A stretch of DNA of 49,740 nucleotides from Minisyncoccota bacterium (GTDB taxonomy: Bacteria; Patescibacteriota; Minisyncoccia; Phycocordibacterales; JAGLPS01), in NCBI GenBank assembly GCA_023137185.1, contig JAGLPS010000018.1:1-49740 (forward strand), read 5' to 3'. The notes under the pieces are model-generated. The model saw only the letters and a list, made by a program, of their open reading frames with translations, was not told where the DNA came from and ran no database searches. Position numbers and translations under genes: made by a program. Positions 1 through 7,901 of this stretch are shown here, piece by piece. Numbering within the stretch: position 1 is the stretch's first letter; each line of letters begins with the position of its first letter.

Positions 1-354
1 GTTTGGAAGTTCCCAGTTTGGAAGCTGTAAACTTGAAAGTTTTGGAAGCTTGTTTGAAAGTTTTTGCCAACTTGGAAGCTCAACTTGGAAGCTCGGCTTC
101 CAAATGAAAGCCTTAAAATGTGGTGTAATGTTGTTGGAAGTGTTGGAAGTGAAAGTGTTTGTAAGGTTTTTGGAGATGTTTTCAAAATAATTTACTGTAT
201 TTGCAAAAACACTGACAGTAAAATCTTTGCCCTTTGAGACCAACGTTGACATACCTGCTTCAGCCGAAACACCCGTAAAAATACAGAAAGCGGGCACGAG
301 AAAAAAGACAAGAAAAGAAAGAACGACAGTGATAGTAATAATCTTGTTGTTCAT
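1..354 (-). CDS. doubtful partial ORF (5' part only, runs off the window edge) with N-terminal signal/TM segment
   Basis: ATG at 354-352, open to position 1 (118 codons by hand translation: MNNKIITITVVLSFLVFFLVPAFCIFTGVSAEAG...). The distal half overlaps the TTGGAAG repeat array, which is non-coding elsewhere. Confidence 0.2.
   Translation of the reverse strand, partial: MNNKIITITVVLSFLVFFLVPAFCIFTGVSAEAGMSTLVSKGKDFTVSVFANTVNYFENISKNLTNTFTSNTSNNITPHFKAFIWKPSFQVELPSWQKLSNKLPKLSSLQLPNWELPN
71..130 (+). repeat. TTGGAAGC hairpin plus TGTGGTGTAAT box (composite intergenic repeat family), inside a dense TTGGAAG word array (1-160)
   Basis: CTTGGAAGCTCGGCTTCCAA hairpin followed by AAAGCCTTAAAATGTGGTGTAATG; nearly identical to 6491-6536. 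Confidence 0.7.
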
Positions 355-537
355 AAATACCCGTAAAAAAAGAAAAGGATAAACAGCACATCCCCTCGTT
401 TCTTCATTAGCTTTATTGTAACAAGGAAAGAAGGAAATACCACGATGGTTATACACAGAAAAAGGCTCTGTTTGGTTGTACTCATAGTTAGAGATTGTCG
501 AGACTGAGTTTAACCTTTACCTATCGAAATTGGATCA

Positions 538-562
538 ATTATCGAGGTTGAACCTCGATAAT
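538..562. repeat. REP palindrome ATTATCGAGGTTGAACCTCGATAAT
   Basis: perfect 25-nt palindrome upstream of the RAYT gene. Confidence 0.9.
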
Positions 563-596
563 TTAGGAGTAATTCGAGCGAGAAGTATCGAGGGAG

Positions 597-617
597 TATC
601 GAGGTTCAACCTCGATA
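597..617. repeat. REP palindrome (TATCGAGGTTCAACCTCGATA), opposite centre orientation
   Basis: same palindrome with C instead of G at the centre; 35 nt from the previous copy. Confidence 0.85.
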
Positions 618-673
618 ATTTTTTATTAATATATTATAATTTATACAATAATAAATAATAAAATAATAATGAT

Positions 674-1378
674 ATGCAAAAACCTCAATTTGTTGAAAAT
701 CAAATCTACCATATCTATAATCGTGGGGTTGAAAAAAGAAATATATTTCTTGATAAACAAGATTATCTCAGATTTATTCATAGCCTATTTGAATTTAATA
801 ACGAAAACACCACCATCAACACCCTGTTCCATTTTAATTCCCAAGCAATGGAGACTGAACCCCATTATTTAGAAAAAGGGAGAAAACCAAGAAAATTATT
901 GGTTGAAATTTTAATATTTACTTTGATGCCCAACCATTTTCATTTAGTCCTAAAACAGAAAAAAGAAAAAGGGATTATAAAATTTATGCAAAAATTGGGC
1001 ACCGGCTACACAATGTATTTCAATAAAAAATACAAAAGAGTTGGGGGTCTTTTTCAGGGAAGATTTAAAGCGGTTCTGGTGAAAGACGAAAGCCATTTTA
1101 TTCACCTTCCTTTTTATATTCACACTAACCCATTGGAATTAAAAACAAAAAAACCTCCCCATTATCGAGGTTCAACCTCGATAATGGGGAGCCTGGAGAA
1201 GTACCGTTGGAGTAGTTTCTTGGATTATATTGGAATAAAAAATTTTCCTTCTGTAACTTCCAGAGAATTATTTTTAGAGTTTTTTAACGGACAAGAACAA
1301 TACAAAAACGCTACCTATGAGTGGCTTAAAAATAAAGAAGAAGGCGAAAAAGAGATCAAAGAAATCAAGATTGACTGA
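674..1378 (+). CDS. REP-associated tyrosine transposase (RAYT, IS200/IS605-like Y1 HUH transposase family)
   Basis: HUH motif NHFHLVL; C-terminal FYIHTNP...YRWSSFLDY motif typical of TnpA_REP; REP pairs on both flanks. Confidence 0.85.
   Translation: MQKPQFVENQIYHIYNRGVEKRNIFLDKQDYLRFIHSLFEFNNENTTINTLFHFNSQAMETEPHYLEKGRKPRKLLVEILIFTLMPNHFHLVLKQKKEKGIIKFMQKLGTGYTMYFNKKYKRVGGLFQGRFKAVLVKDESHFIHLPFYIHTNPLELKTKKPPHYRGSTSIMGSLEKYRWSSFLDYIGIKNFPSVTSRELFLEFFNGQEQYKNATYEWLKNKEEGEKEIKEIKID
1161..1185. repeat. REP palindrome located inside the RAYT coding sequence
   Basis: ATTATCGAGGTTCAACCTCGATAAT flanked by CCTCCCC/GGGGAG; read in frame as PHYRGSTSIMGS. Confidence 0.9.
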
Positions 1379-1432
1379 TATTGACCAACCACAACCAACA
1401 ACAGGCATACTCCCCTACTGACTATCGGATGG

Positions 1433-1461
1433 CCACTATCGAGGTTCAACCTCGATAGTGG
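1433..1461. repeat. REP palindrome variant (CCACTATCGAGGTTCAACCTCGATAGTGG)
   Basis: 29-nt perfect palindrome downstream of RAYT. Confidence 0.85.
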
Positions 1462-1494
1462 TAAACTTTGAATATCAAGGTTAATTATCTTATT

Positions 1495-1529
1495 GAGTAA
1501 TTATCGAGGTTGAACCTCGATAATTACTC
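1495..1529. repeat. REP palindrome, extended (GAGTAATTATCGAGGTTGAACCTCGATAATTACTC)
   Basis: 35-nt perfect palindrome between RAYT and the alaS 3' end. Confidence 0.9.
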
Positions 1530-1550
1530 ACGGCTCCCTCCGAAGAACCT

Positions 1551-3263
1551 TTACTCTAATATGGCCTTGATACGCCGCGCGCCCGCCGAGACAGCTTCTT
1601 CTTTTTTGATTTTGAATTTTCCCAAGATTCCAGTACGTTCAACGTGAGGGCCCCCGCAAAACTCTTTAGAAATAGCATTGCCTTCTTTGTTTTCTATGAA
1701 ATACACCGAAACCGTATCTGGATATTTCGCGCCAAATTCCATTTCCGCCCCTATTTTTTCCGCTTCCTCTCGCGACATTTCACAGCGAGTTACAGAAAGA
1801 TTTTGGGAGATGTGATTATTTACAACGTCTTCAACCTGTTTTTTCTCCTCATCGGTCATTTTTCTTCCAAAAGAAAAATCTATGCGCAAGCGTTCCTCGG
1901 TAATATTGCTTCCCCTTTGTTTTACGTTTTTTCCCAAAACTTCCTGAAGCGTGGCGAGAAGTAAATGGTGCGCAGTATGGAGTTTTACCGTTTTTTCATT
2001 GTGGCTCGCAAGTCCCCCCTTAAACATTCCAGCAGACGAGGTACGTGAAAGCTCTTGGTGTTTTTTAAATTTCTTTTGGAAATCTTCTTCGTCTATGATT
2101 ATGCCTTTTTTTCGCGCCAATTCTCTTGTGTATTCAATTGGAAACCCGTAGGTAGTAAAAAGTGTGAAGGGGTCCTCTCCCTTTTCAAATTGTTTTAAAC
2201 CAATAAAGAGCGTCTTTCTGAATCTTTCTTCTTCTTTCTGGATCTCCCCTAAGATGGTCTCTTTTTGATGCAGCAATTCAGGATATTGTTTTTTGTAATT
2301 TTCTATGACAACTTCCGCAATTGAAGATTTAGATTTGTCTGTGTGGGTAATTTTTCGAATTAAGCGTCTTAGAACATACCCTCTTTCGGTATTAGAAGGG
2401 GTTACCCCGTCTGCAATCACAAAGACTGCTGTACGAATATGGTCAGCAATAATTCTTTTTGCACGCTCATCAGAAAATTCATCGTACTGTTTAGTAATTT
2501 CCCACATTACCGGAGTAAACAAATCTGTTTCAAAAACATTGTTCTTTTTCTGCAAAACCATCGCGAGACGCTCAAGTCCCATTCCCGTATCAACACCTTT
2601 TACCGCGAGCGGTTCATATTTCCCTTCGCGAGTTTTGTAATATTCATTGAAAACGATATTCCAAATTTCAACGCCATCTATATATATTTCGGTTGTCGGA
2701 CCGCACGGACCTTCTTCTCCCGTAGGACCCCAGAAATTATCTTCGCGGTTGTGATTTTTGATTGTTACATCAGGAGCAATCTTTTTCCAAGCCTCTTTTG
2801 ACTCATCATCAGCAGAAATCTCATTATCCCCTTCAAATACAGAAACATAATCTATCGTAAGCTTTAGTTCCTTTGTAATAAACTCATACGCGTATTCAAT
2901 CGCTTTTTCCTTTCCATAACCGCCAAAAGAAAAGTTTCCAAGCATTTCAAAAAAAGTAAGGTGGGTGTCATCGCCCACTTCGTCAATATCTCCAGTACGA
3001 ACACATTTTTGTATTGTTGCGACATCTTTTGTTCCAAAATCTCGTATAGCATTTTCCGATGCCGTATAGTACGGCTTAAACTGCTGCATACCCGCAGTCG
3101 TAAAAAGCGTTTTCAAAGATTCGGAGGGATTATCAGAAACAAGAGACGTAGAGGGCAGAATAACGTGCCCCCTTTTTTTAAAAAAATTTAAAAATCGTGA
3201 ACGGATTTTTGCAGAGTCCATTTCATCAGAAGTTTTTATTTTTTTGTCTTCCGTGTTTTCCAT
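1551..3263 (-). CDS. alaS: alanine--tRNA ligase, compact 570-aa form
   Basis: FTTAGMQQFKPYY class II core; editing-domain HxxxH (HTAHHLL) and CxxxH (CGGPHV) motifs. Confidence 0.93.
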   Translation of the reverse strand: MENTEDKKIKTSDEMDSAKIRSRFLNFFKKRGHVILPSTSLVSDNPSESLKTLFTTAGMQQFKPYYTASENAIRDFGTKDVATIQKCVRTGDIDEVGDDTHLTFFEMLGNFSFGGYGKEKAIEYAYEFITKELKLTIDYVSVFEGDNEISADDESKEAWKKIAPDVTIKNHNREDNFWGPTGEEGPCGPTTEIYIDGVEIWNIVFNEYYKTREGKYEPLAVKGVDTGMGLERLAMVLQKKNNVFETDLFTPVMWEITKQYDEFSDERAKRIIADHIRTAVFVIADGVTPSNTERGYVLRRLIRKITHTDKSKSSIAEVVIENYKKQYPELLHQKETILGEIQKEEERFRKTLFIGLKQFEKGEDPFTLFTTYGFPIEYTRELARKKGIIIDEEDFQKKFKKHQELSRTSSAGMFKGGLASHNEKTVKLHTAHHLLLATLQEVLGKNVKQRGSNITEERLRIDFSFGRKMTDEEKKQVEDVVNNHISQNLSVTRCEMSREEAEKIGAEMEFGAKYPDTVSVYFIENKEGNAISKEFCGGPHVERTGILGKFKIKKEEAVSAGARRIKAILE

Positions 3264-3328
3264 CGCTTTCCCTCTTTTTGGTTTTACACATATCTTCTTA
3301 CCGTAAAACTTTTAACGGGACAGATAAT

Positions 3329-3556
3329 TTAAGCAAATGTATAGGCGATAAGTTCAATTACATATCCTGTAAGAATTGAGGCAAGTCCTGCAACGAGATA
3401 TGCTTTCTCGCGTTGCATCGAAAGAAGCACATCAAGGTCAATTTTTCTTTCTTTGATTATATGAGTATGAACGCTTATCAACATACCTATAGCGATAATT
3501 TCGCCTATTGTACGTAGCGTTGCTGCCATAACAAGAAGGTCTTGCATATCAATCAT
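3329..3556 (-). CDS. small hypothetical membrane protein
   Basis: 75-aa ORF with two hydrophobic segments, in an otherwise empty gap; no recognisable family. Confidence 0.35.
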   Translation of the reverse strand: MIDMQDLLVMAATLRTIGEIIAIGMLISVHTHIIKERKIDLDVLLSMQREKAYLVAGLASILTGYVIELIAYTFA

Positions 3557-3645
3557 ATAAAAACAACTATACGATGAAGTGGATTAAAACTCAAATGCAA
3601 AAAGTCTGTAATTAAAATGAGGAAACAAAAAAAAGTAGCGCTGGT

Positions 3646-4272
3646 TCAAGTAAACTTTTTAAGCAATTTGAAATCCTGTTTAAGAGTTTCCTTCATATTG
3701 TTGTTGTATACCGCAACCGCCGGATGATACAAAGGAAGTACAATGACTTCTCCGTAGGAGGTCTCCCCTTTAAACTCTTTTCCGTGAGCGCGACTAATTG
3801 GTTCGGCAAACTCGTCAGGACAAAAGCTATCAATAATATAATTCATTGAAAAGCGCCCGAGTGTCGCGATAACTTTTGGTTGCATAATATCAATCTGCCG
3901 CTCCAAAAATGGCGCGTATATTTCAATTTCATTTGGAAGCGGGTCGCGATTTCCCGTCGGGCGGTCTTTCACAATATTTGTAATGTAAACACTCTCGCGA
4001 GGAATATTGACTGATGCAAGAAGCTCGTCAAGAATTTTTCCCGAAGCTCCGCAAAAAGGACGACCTGTTGCCGCCTCATTTTTTCCGGGAGCTTCACCCA
4101 CAAACATAATCGCGGCATCGTGGCTCCCTTCCCCAATTACCGGAAAGACTTTGTTTTTTGTTCGCTCCTTGTATAAAGGAGATCCCGTAAGATTAAAAAT
4201 CTCGTCCCGAATCTGCCGCATTTTCTCTTTCTTTTCCGCGTTCATACTATCTAATTTGAGAAATATCTCCAT
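3646..4272 (-). CDS. uracil-DNA glycosylase, family 4
   Basis: GEAPGKNEAATGRPFCGASGKIL motif and C-terminal HPA motif. An alternative ATG at 4245 would remove the overlap with the upstream gene. Confidence 0.85.
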   Translation of the reverse strand: MEIFLKLDSMNAEKKEKMRQIRDEIFNLTGSPLYKERTKNKVFPVIGEGSHDAAIMFVGEAPGKNEAATGRPFCGASGKILDELLASVNIPRESVYITNIVKDRPTGNRDPLPNEIEIYAPFLERQIDIMQPKVIATLGRFSMNYIIDSFCPDEFAEPISRAHGKEFKGETSYGEVIVLPLYHPAVAVYNNNMKETLKQDFKLLKKFT

Positions 4273-4648
4273 TTAAAACACAAGGTTTCATTGCCTCAAT
4301 TTCATCAGAATAATGCATTTTGGGAATAGGATTGAGAAGATAAATTTTCTTTTTTAATACATAGGCAAAAGCCATTTCAATAAGAGTATTGCCACCAATA
4401 TAATTCTCGATACTATTCTTTGTCTCGTTAACAATTAAAATAGCGTCGGATTTCTTGATTTCTTCGTAGTGTCTTTGTATAAGATTATGGGCAATTTTTT
4501 CCTGTTTTTTTTCAATCTTTAGAGTTCCCAATGCGTGCTCTTTTACATTTTTTGGAAATGTTATTGAGTGTCCTAATGTCTGAAGTTCAGTTCCTATATC
4601 TAACATTTTTTGCGCAAACTGCATACTGCCACATAATGCTATTTTCAT
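4247..4648 (-). CDS. nucleoside 2-deoxyribosyltransferase-like (DNPH1/RCL-like) protein
   Basis: MKIALCGSM N-terminus and GGNTLIEMAFA motif with conserved Glu, typical of the PF05014-like fold. Confidence 0.55.
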   Translation of the reverse strand: MKIALCGSMQFAQKMLDIGTELQTLGHSITFPKNVKEHALGTLKIEKKQEKIAHNLIQRHYEEIKKSDAILIVNETKNSIENYIGGNTLIEMAFAYVLKKKIYLLNPIPKMHYSDEIEAMKPCVLNGDISQIR

Positions 4649-4669
4649 AATTTTAGTGACTTTAATTCA

Positions 4670-4701
4670 ACTTGGAAGCTCAACTTCCAAGTGTGGTGTA
4701 A
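4670..4701 (+). repeat. TTGGAAGC hairpin plus TGTGGTGTAAT box
   Basis: CTTGGAAGCTCAACTTCCAAG followed by TGTGGTGTAAT. Confidence 0.75.
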
Positions 4702-4745
4702 TGTGTGTAATGATTGGAAGCTGCGCCATAGAAAAGATTTTTGTT

Positions 4746-5564
4746 TTAAAGGAGCGTGCCCTGCTTTCCATCCATATTCTTTTTTCGTGTAACACCACAA
4801 ATCTCTTCAATTGTTTTTCCCGCCAGTTCGCGGTATGGGCAGTACTCACATCTTTCTCCCGAATCAGGAAGTGTTTCTTGCATCAAACATTTTTTCATAT
4901 CAGTAACCACCTCTTCAATCCACGAGCCATCTCCTTTATGAGCAATAATTTCAACATTAAATTCAAGTTTTTTGTCGAAAGCCGCCTTGTCTTTTATTCC
5001 ATTCGCGTAAACAAAATAACCCGTATCGGATACCTTGAAATCATTTCCGCGCAATAACCATTGGTAAAATTCAAGCTGCCGTTTGTATTGAGGCCCCCAA
5101 CCTTCGTCCAGATTGATTTCTCCCCTCTTACTCGTCGCTTTATAATCAACAACAATTAGTTCTCCTTCCGGATTTACCCAGATGTCATCAACCGCCCCAA
5201 AAAATTTTATGTTCGTCGGTTCGTGGAAACGTTCAACTCCAGTAAAATTATGCCGCCACTCTTCAAGCTTGGAATGTTGGAACGGCACTGCGTCAATGCC
5301 GTAGCTTGCCATAAGGGGGTGCGCGCTTTTTGCCGCCCTATGCGTATCAAATTCTTTTTTAAGAAGATGGTCTACTGCAATGTTGAGAGTAAAAGCCGCC
5401 ATAGAAGGACGTCCGACACCATAACGTTCCCCTAAATAAAAACAACGGGGACATTCCAAAAACAAATCAACTTTAGATCGGCTCAGACGATGAGGTTGCG
5501 TAGATGAGGGGTCAAATATTCTTTTTTTTCTGACAAACGCGGAACTCATAATATTATACGGCAC
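4746..5564 (-). CDS. PD-(D/E)XK nuclease family protein (Cas4/RecB-like, Cys-cluster)
   Basis: N-terminal CPRC and C-terminal CEYC cysteines, VVDYK core motif. GTG at 5564; an alternative ATG at 5549 avoids the overlap. Confidence 0.65.
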   Translation of the reverse strand: MPYNIMSSAFVRKKRIFDPSSTQPHRLSRSKVDLFLECPRCFYLGERYGVGRPSMAAFTLNIAVDHLLKKEFDTHRAAKSAHPLMASYGIDAVPFQHSKLEEWRHNFTGVERFHEPTNIKFFGAVDDIWVNPEGELIVVDYKATSKRGEINLDEGWGPQYKRQLEFYQWLLRGNDFKVSDTGYFVYANGIKDKAAFDKKLEFNVEIIAHKGDGSWIEEVVTDMKKCLMQETLPDSGERCEYCPYRELAGKTIEEICGVTRKKNMDGKQGTLL

Positions 5565-6399
5565 AACAAAGCATATCTATTTCTTCTTTTATCTTTGGAA
5601 GTTTTTCTTTCGTAACACCTGCCATATCAAGAATGTCCTGTCGTTTGAGGACATCGCGACAGAGTACGACATCTTGCGATAGAAAAATGTTTTTCTGGGA
5701 TTTGGTAAGGGTTGAGAGGCACGTGAGCGGATGGAGACCACTACCCTCTATCATATCCTTAAGATTTCCTTTCAACGGATAATTCCATCCGATAAATGTA
5801 AAGTGTTTGCAAAGTCCGTATTGGATTGCCGAACTGGAGAATTTGGTGTTTGTGATAAGCCATCCTTCCCGTTTAGGCCATTTTCCATCTATGAAAGGAA
5901 TATCATCAAAACGAGCCGACACGTAGAGCGCCACCTTAAGGTCAGTTTTGGTTCCTCGCTTATTATGAAACTTCACTTCTGCGAGAATATGTTTTTTCTC
6001 ATTAGTGGCAATAAGATCAATTTCATGTTCAACGCATTTTCCCTGAATAATTTGGCCTTTTTGGACATTAAACCCTTTTTCCTTAAAGAGTTCCGAGAGA
6101 AAACTTTCAAATGGAAAACCGCTTGGCCCAAGCTCAGTGAGCGCTTTACGTAGAGAATAACGAAGAGCGGCAGTTTTTTCTTTCCGACGAAGAAAAAGAA
6201 ACGCTCTTCTGTAAATAGACGCGGTACTTGTTCCGTCGCGAAGATTCTTTTCAACTGCTCTTAGCACTTCTTCCGATGCTTCCCTAGAAGCGCCAGAATG
6301 CATAAGCGACTGTACTAACTTTTCCCCTTTAAATGGTTCCACATCGCCATTTGCTTTAACAACAGAAACTGTGGTCATTCCAAGTATTATACCCCTCAC
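5554..6399 (-). CDS. ATP-cone domain protein fused to a restriction-endonuclease-like (Mrr-type) domain
   Basis: N-terminal ATP-cone-like VVKANGDVEPF...IYRRAF; C-terminal EIDLIA...LAEVKF nuclease core. Alternative ATG at 6378. Confidence 0.6.
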   Translation of the reverse strand: MRGIILGMTTVSVVKANGDVEPFKGEKLVQSLMHSGASREASEEVLRAVEKNLRDGTSTASIYRRAFLFLRRKEKTAALRYSLRKALTELGPSGFPFESFLSELFKEKGFNVQKGQIIQGKCVEHEIDLIATNEKKHILAEVKFHNKRGTKTDLKVALYVSARFDDIPFIDGKWPKREGWLITNTKFSSSAIQYGLCKHFTFIGWNYPLKGNLKDMIEGSGLHPLTCLSTLTKSQKNIFLSQDVVLCRDVLKRQDILDMAGVTKEKLPKIKEEIDMLCCAV

Positions 6400-6490
6400 A
6401 CCAAGATTGGCATAGTATCTTGTTATCTAAACAACATTATTCACGTGCCTTTACGATATACAGCTATGTTTTTGGACTTAAAAGCGTAGA

Positions 6491-6640
6491 CTTGGAAGCT
6501 CGGCTTCCAAATAAAAGCCTAAAAATGTGGTGTAATATGTTTTTACTTGTTACTTGGAACTACTTGGAAGCCGGGCTTCCAAGTAGTTCCAAGTACGGTT
6601 TTGGACACTCAATGTCCAAATTTGTGCAAGTGTCCAAAAT
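6491..6640 (-). repeat. composite intergenic repeat: TTTGGACAC hairpin, 45-nt TTGGAAG palindrome, ATTACACCACA box, TTGGAAGC hairpin
   Basis: hairpins at 6491-6510, 6551-6595 (22-bp stem) and 6599-6620; box at 6526-6536. Confidence 0.8.
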
Positions 6641-7758
6641 TAGCGCAGATTTGTGTCCAGTAAGGCTTTTTCCATTATTCCGCCACCAAGACAAACATCT
6701 TTTGAATACAGCACGAGCGATTGACCAAAAGAAAGTCCTTCTTGCGGAGTGTCAAATTCAACATACGCACCATCTTTTGTGGAGAGAAACGTTACCAATT
6801 GCGGCACCTGGTGATATCTGATACGGGCAAGATATTTTTCTCCTGAAAAAGGAAATTTTGAAATCCAGTTCTCTTGTGAGAGAAACACTTTTGAAAGTTT
6901 ACCTGTTTTACACGAATTGTCTTTTTCTTCTCTTTCTGAAACAGTGACTGTATTTTTTTCTATGTTTTTAGATACGGCATAGAGAGGCACATCGTCTGTC
7001 CCCTTTTTGAAAACAGTAAATCCATGACGTTGACCGATAGTAAAAAAATACGCGCCGTTATGTGTGCCGATTATATTTCCTTTCGTGTCTAAAAGGTCGC
7101 CTCCTTTTTCCGGAAGATACTTTCTCAAAAATTCCTGCATATCAATTTTCCCCAGAAAACACAACCCTTGACTGTCTTTTTTTCCCGCCACGGGAATATT
7201 GAAACGAAGCGCTAGTTTGCGAACTTCCTTTTTAGTTATATTTCCAACAGGAAAAAGGGAACACGCGAGCTCCCCCTGCCCAAGAGTCCAGAGAAAATAT
7301 GACTGGTCTTTTTTCTTGTCTTTTGACTCTCTTAACAGATACAGTTTTTCATCTCCGTTAGACACCATATCCCGCCTCGCGTAATGTCCTGTCGCGATAT
7401 AATCCGCGCCACGTTTTTTAGCCTGCTCAAGAAAAGAGCCGAACTTTATATACTTATTGCACATCACATCGGGATTGGGCGTCCGCCCTTTTTCATATTC
7501 GGAAAGCATATAATCAACCACCTCTTTCTTGTAGACTTCCTCGCAATCAAAGGTCAGAAAAGGTATATCAAGAACCGCAGCCACTCTCATAGCATCCCGT
7601 TGTTCGTTTTTCCAGTCGCAGGGAGCAAACTCCGGATACCATACTTTGATAAACACTCCCGTCACATCAAATCCTTTACGTTTAAGAAGAGCGGCGGAAA
7701 CCGCGGAATCAACTCCACCGGAAATAGCGCAAAATACGGATTTTCTTTTTATGCTCAT
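6640..7758 (-). CDS. mnmA: tRNA-specific 2-thiouridylase
   Basis: PP-loop SGGVDS and full-length MnmA-like sequence. Confidence 0.93.
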   Translation of the reverse strand: MSIKRKSVFCAISGGVDSAVSAALLKRKGFDVTGVFIKVWYPEFAPCDWKNEQRDAMRVAAVLDIPFLTFDCEEVYKKEVVDYMLSEYEKGRTPNPDVMCNKYIKFGSFLEQAKKRGADYIATGHYARRDMVSNGDEKLYLLRESKDKKKDQSYFLWTLGQGELACSLFPVGNITKKEVRKLALRFNIPVAGKKDSQGLCFLGKIDMQEFLRKYLPEKGGDLLDTKGNIIGTHNGAYFFTIGQRHGFTVFKKGTDDVPLYAVSKNIEKNTVTVSEREEKDNSCKTGKLSKVFLSQENWISKFPFSGEKYLARIRYHQVPQLVTFLSTKDGAYVEFDTPQEGLSFGQSLVLYSKDVCLGGGIMEKALLDTNLR

Positions 7759-7788
7759 TTTGTTTTAATGTAAGCACTTCTCGCCCCG

Positions 7789-7863
7789 TCAGTCTCGTTC
7801 AACGGGACTAACGGGGTCAACTCCACCGGAAATTCCGACAAATACTTTCTCTTTCTTTTTCAC
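7789..7863 (-). pseudogene. relic duplicate of the mnmA 5' end (PP-loop codons), truncated after 24 codons
   Basis: GTG-KKKEKVFVGISGGVD then stop; shares the 17-nt string TCAACTCCACCGGAAAT (7817-7833) with the real gene (7709-7725). Confidence 0.6.
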
Positions 7864-7901
7864 TGATACAGTTTTATCAGACAAAAGAGAGGAAAGCAAA
7901 A

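Noticed and set aside
1-170. TTGGAAG array with the ATTACACCACA box as oriC/DnaA boxes
   Set aside because: The box matches the TTATCCACA consensus at only about 6 of 9 positions. No dnaA or dnaN gene is nearby, and the same module is dispersed through the window.
538-1529. REP palindromes as a possible CRISPR array
   Set aside because: The repeats are perfect palindromes with alternating orientation and irregular spacing, and one lies inside a gene. There are no uniform spacers or cas genes.
1644-3191. Several plus-strand ORFs inside alaS (1644-1964, 1951-2151, 2305-2640, 2439-2801, 2961-3191)
   Set aside because: They are antisense shadows of a well-supported gene. The same applies to the antisense ORFs inside leuS, typA, macA, the permeases, ddl and the kinases.
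1551-3263. AlaRS as a truncated pseudogene
   Set aside because: It is a single uninterrupted ORF retaining the catalytic core and both editing-site zinc motifs. Only the C-terminal extension is short, which is plausible for a reduced genome.
4670-4701. TTGGAA ... TGTAAT within the hairpin-box module as a sigma-70 promoter
   Set aside because: The spacing is about 19 nt, and in most copies the putative promoter points into the 3' end of an oppositely oriented gene. A role on the other strand cannot be excluded but is not supported.
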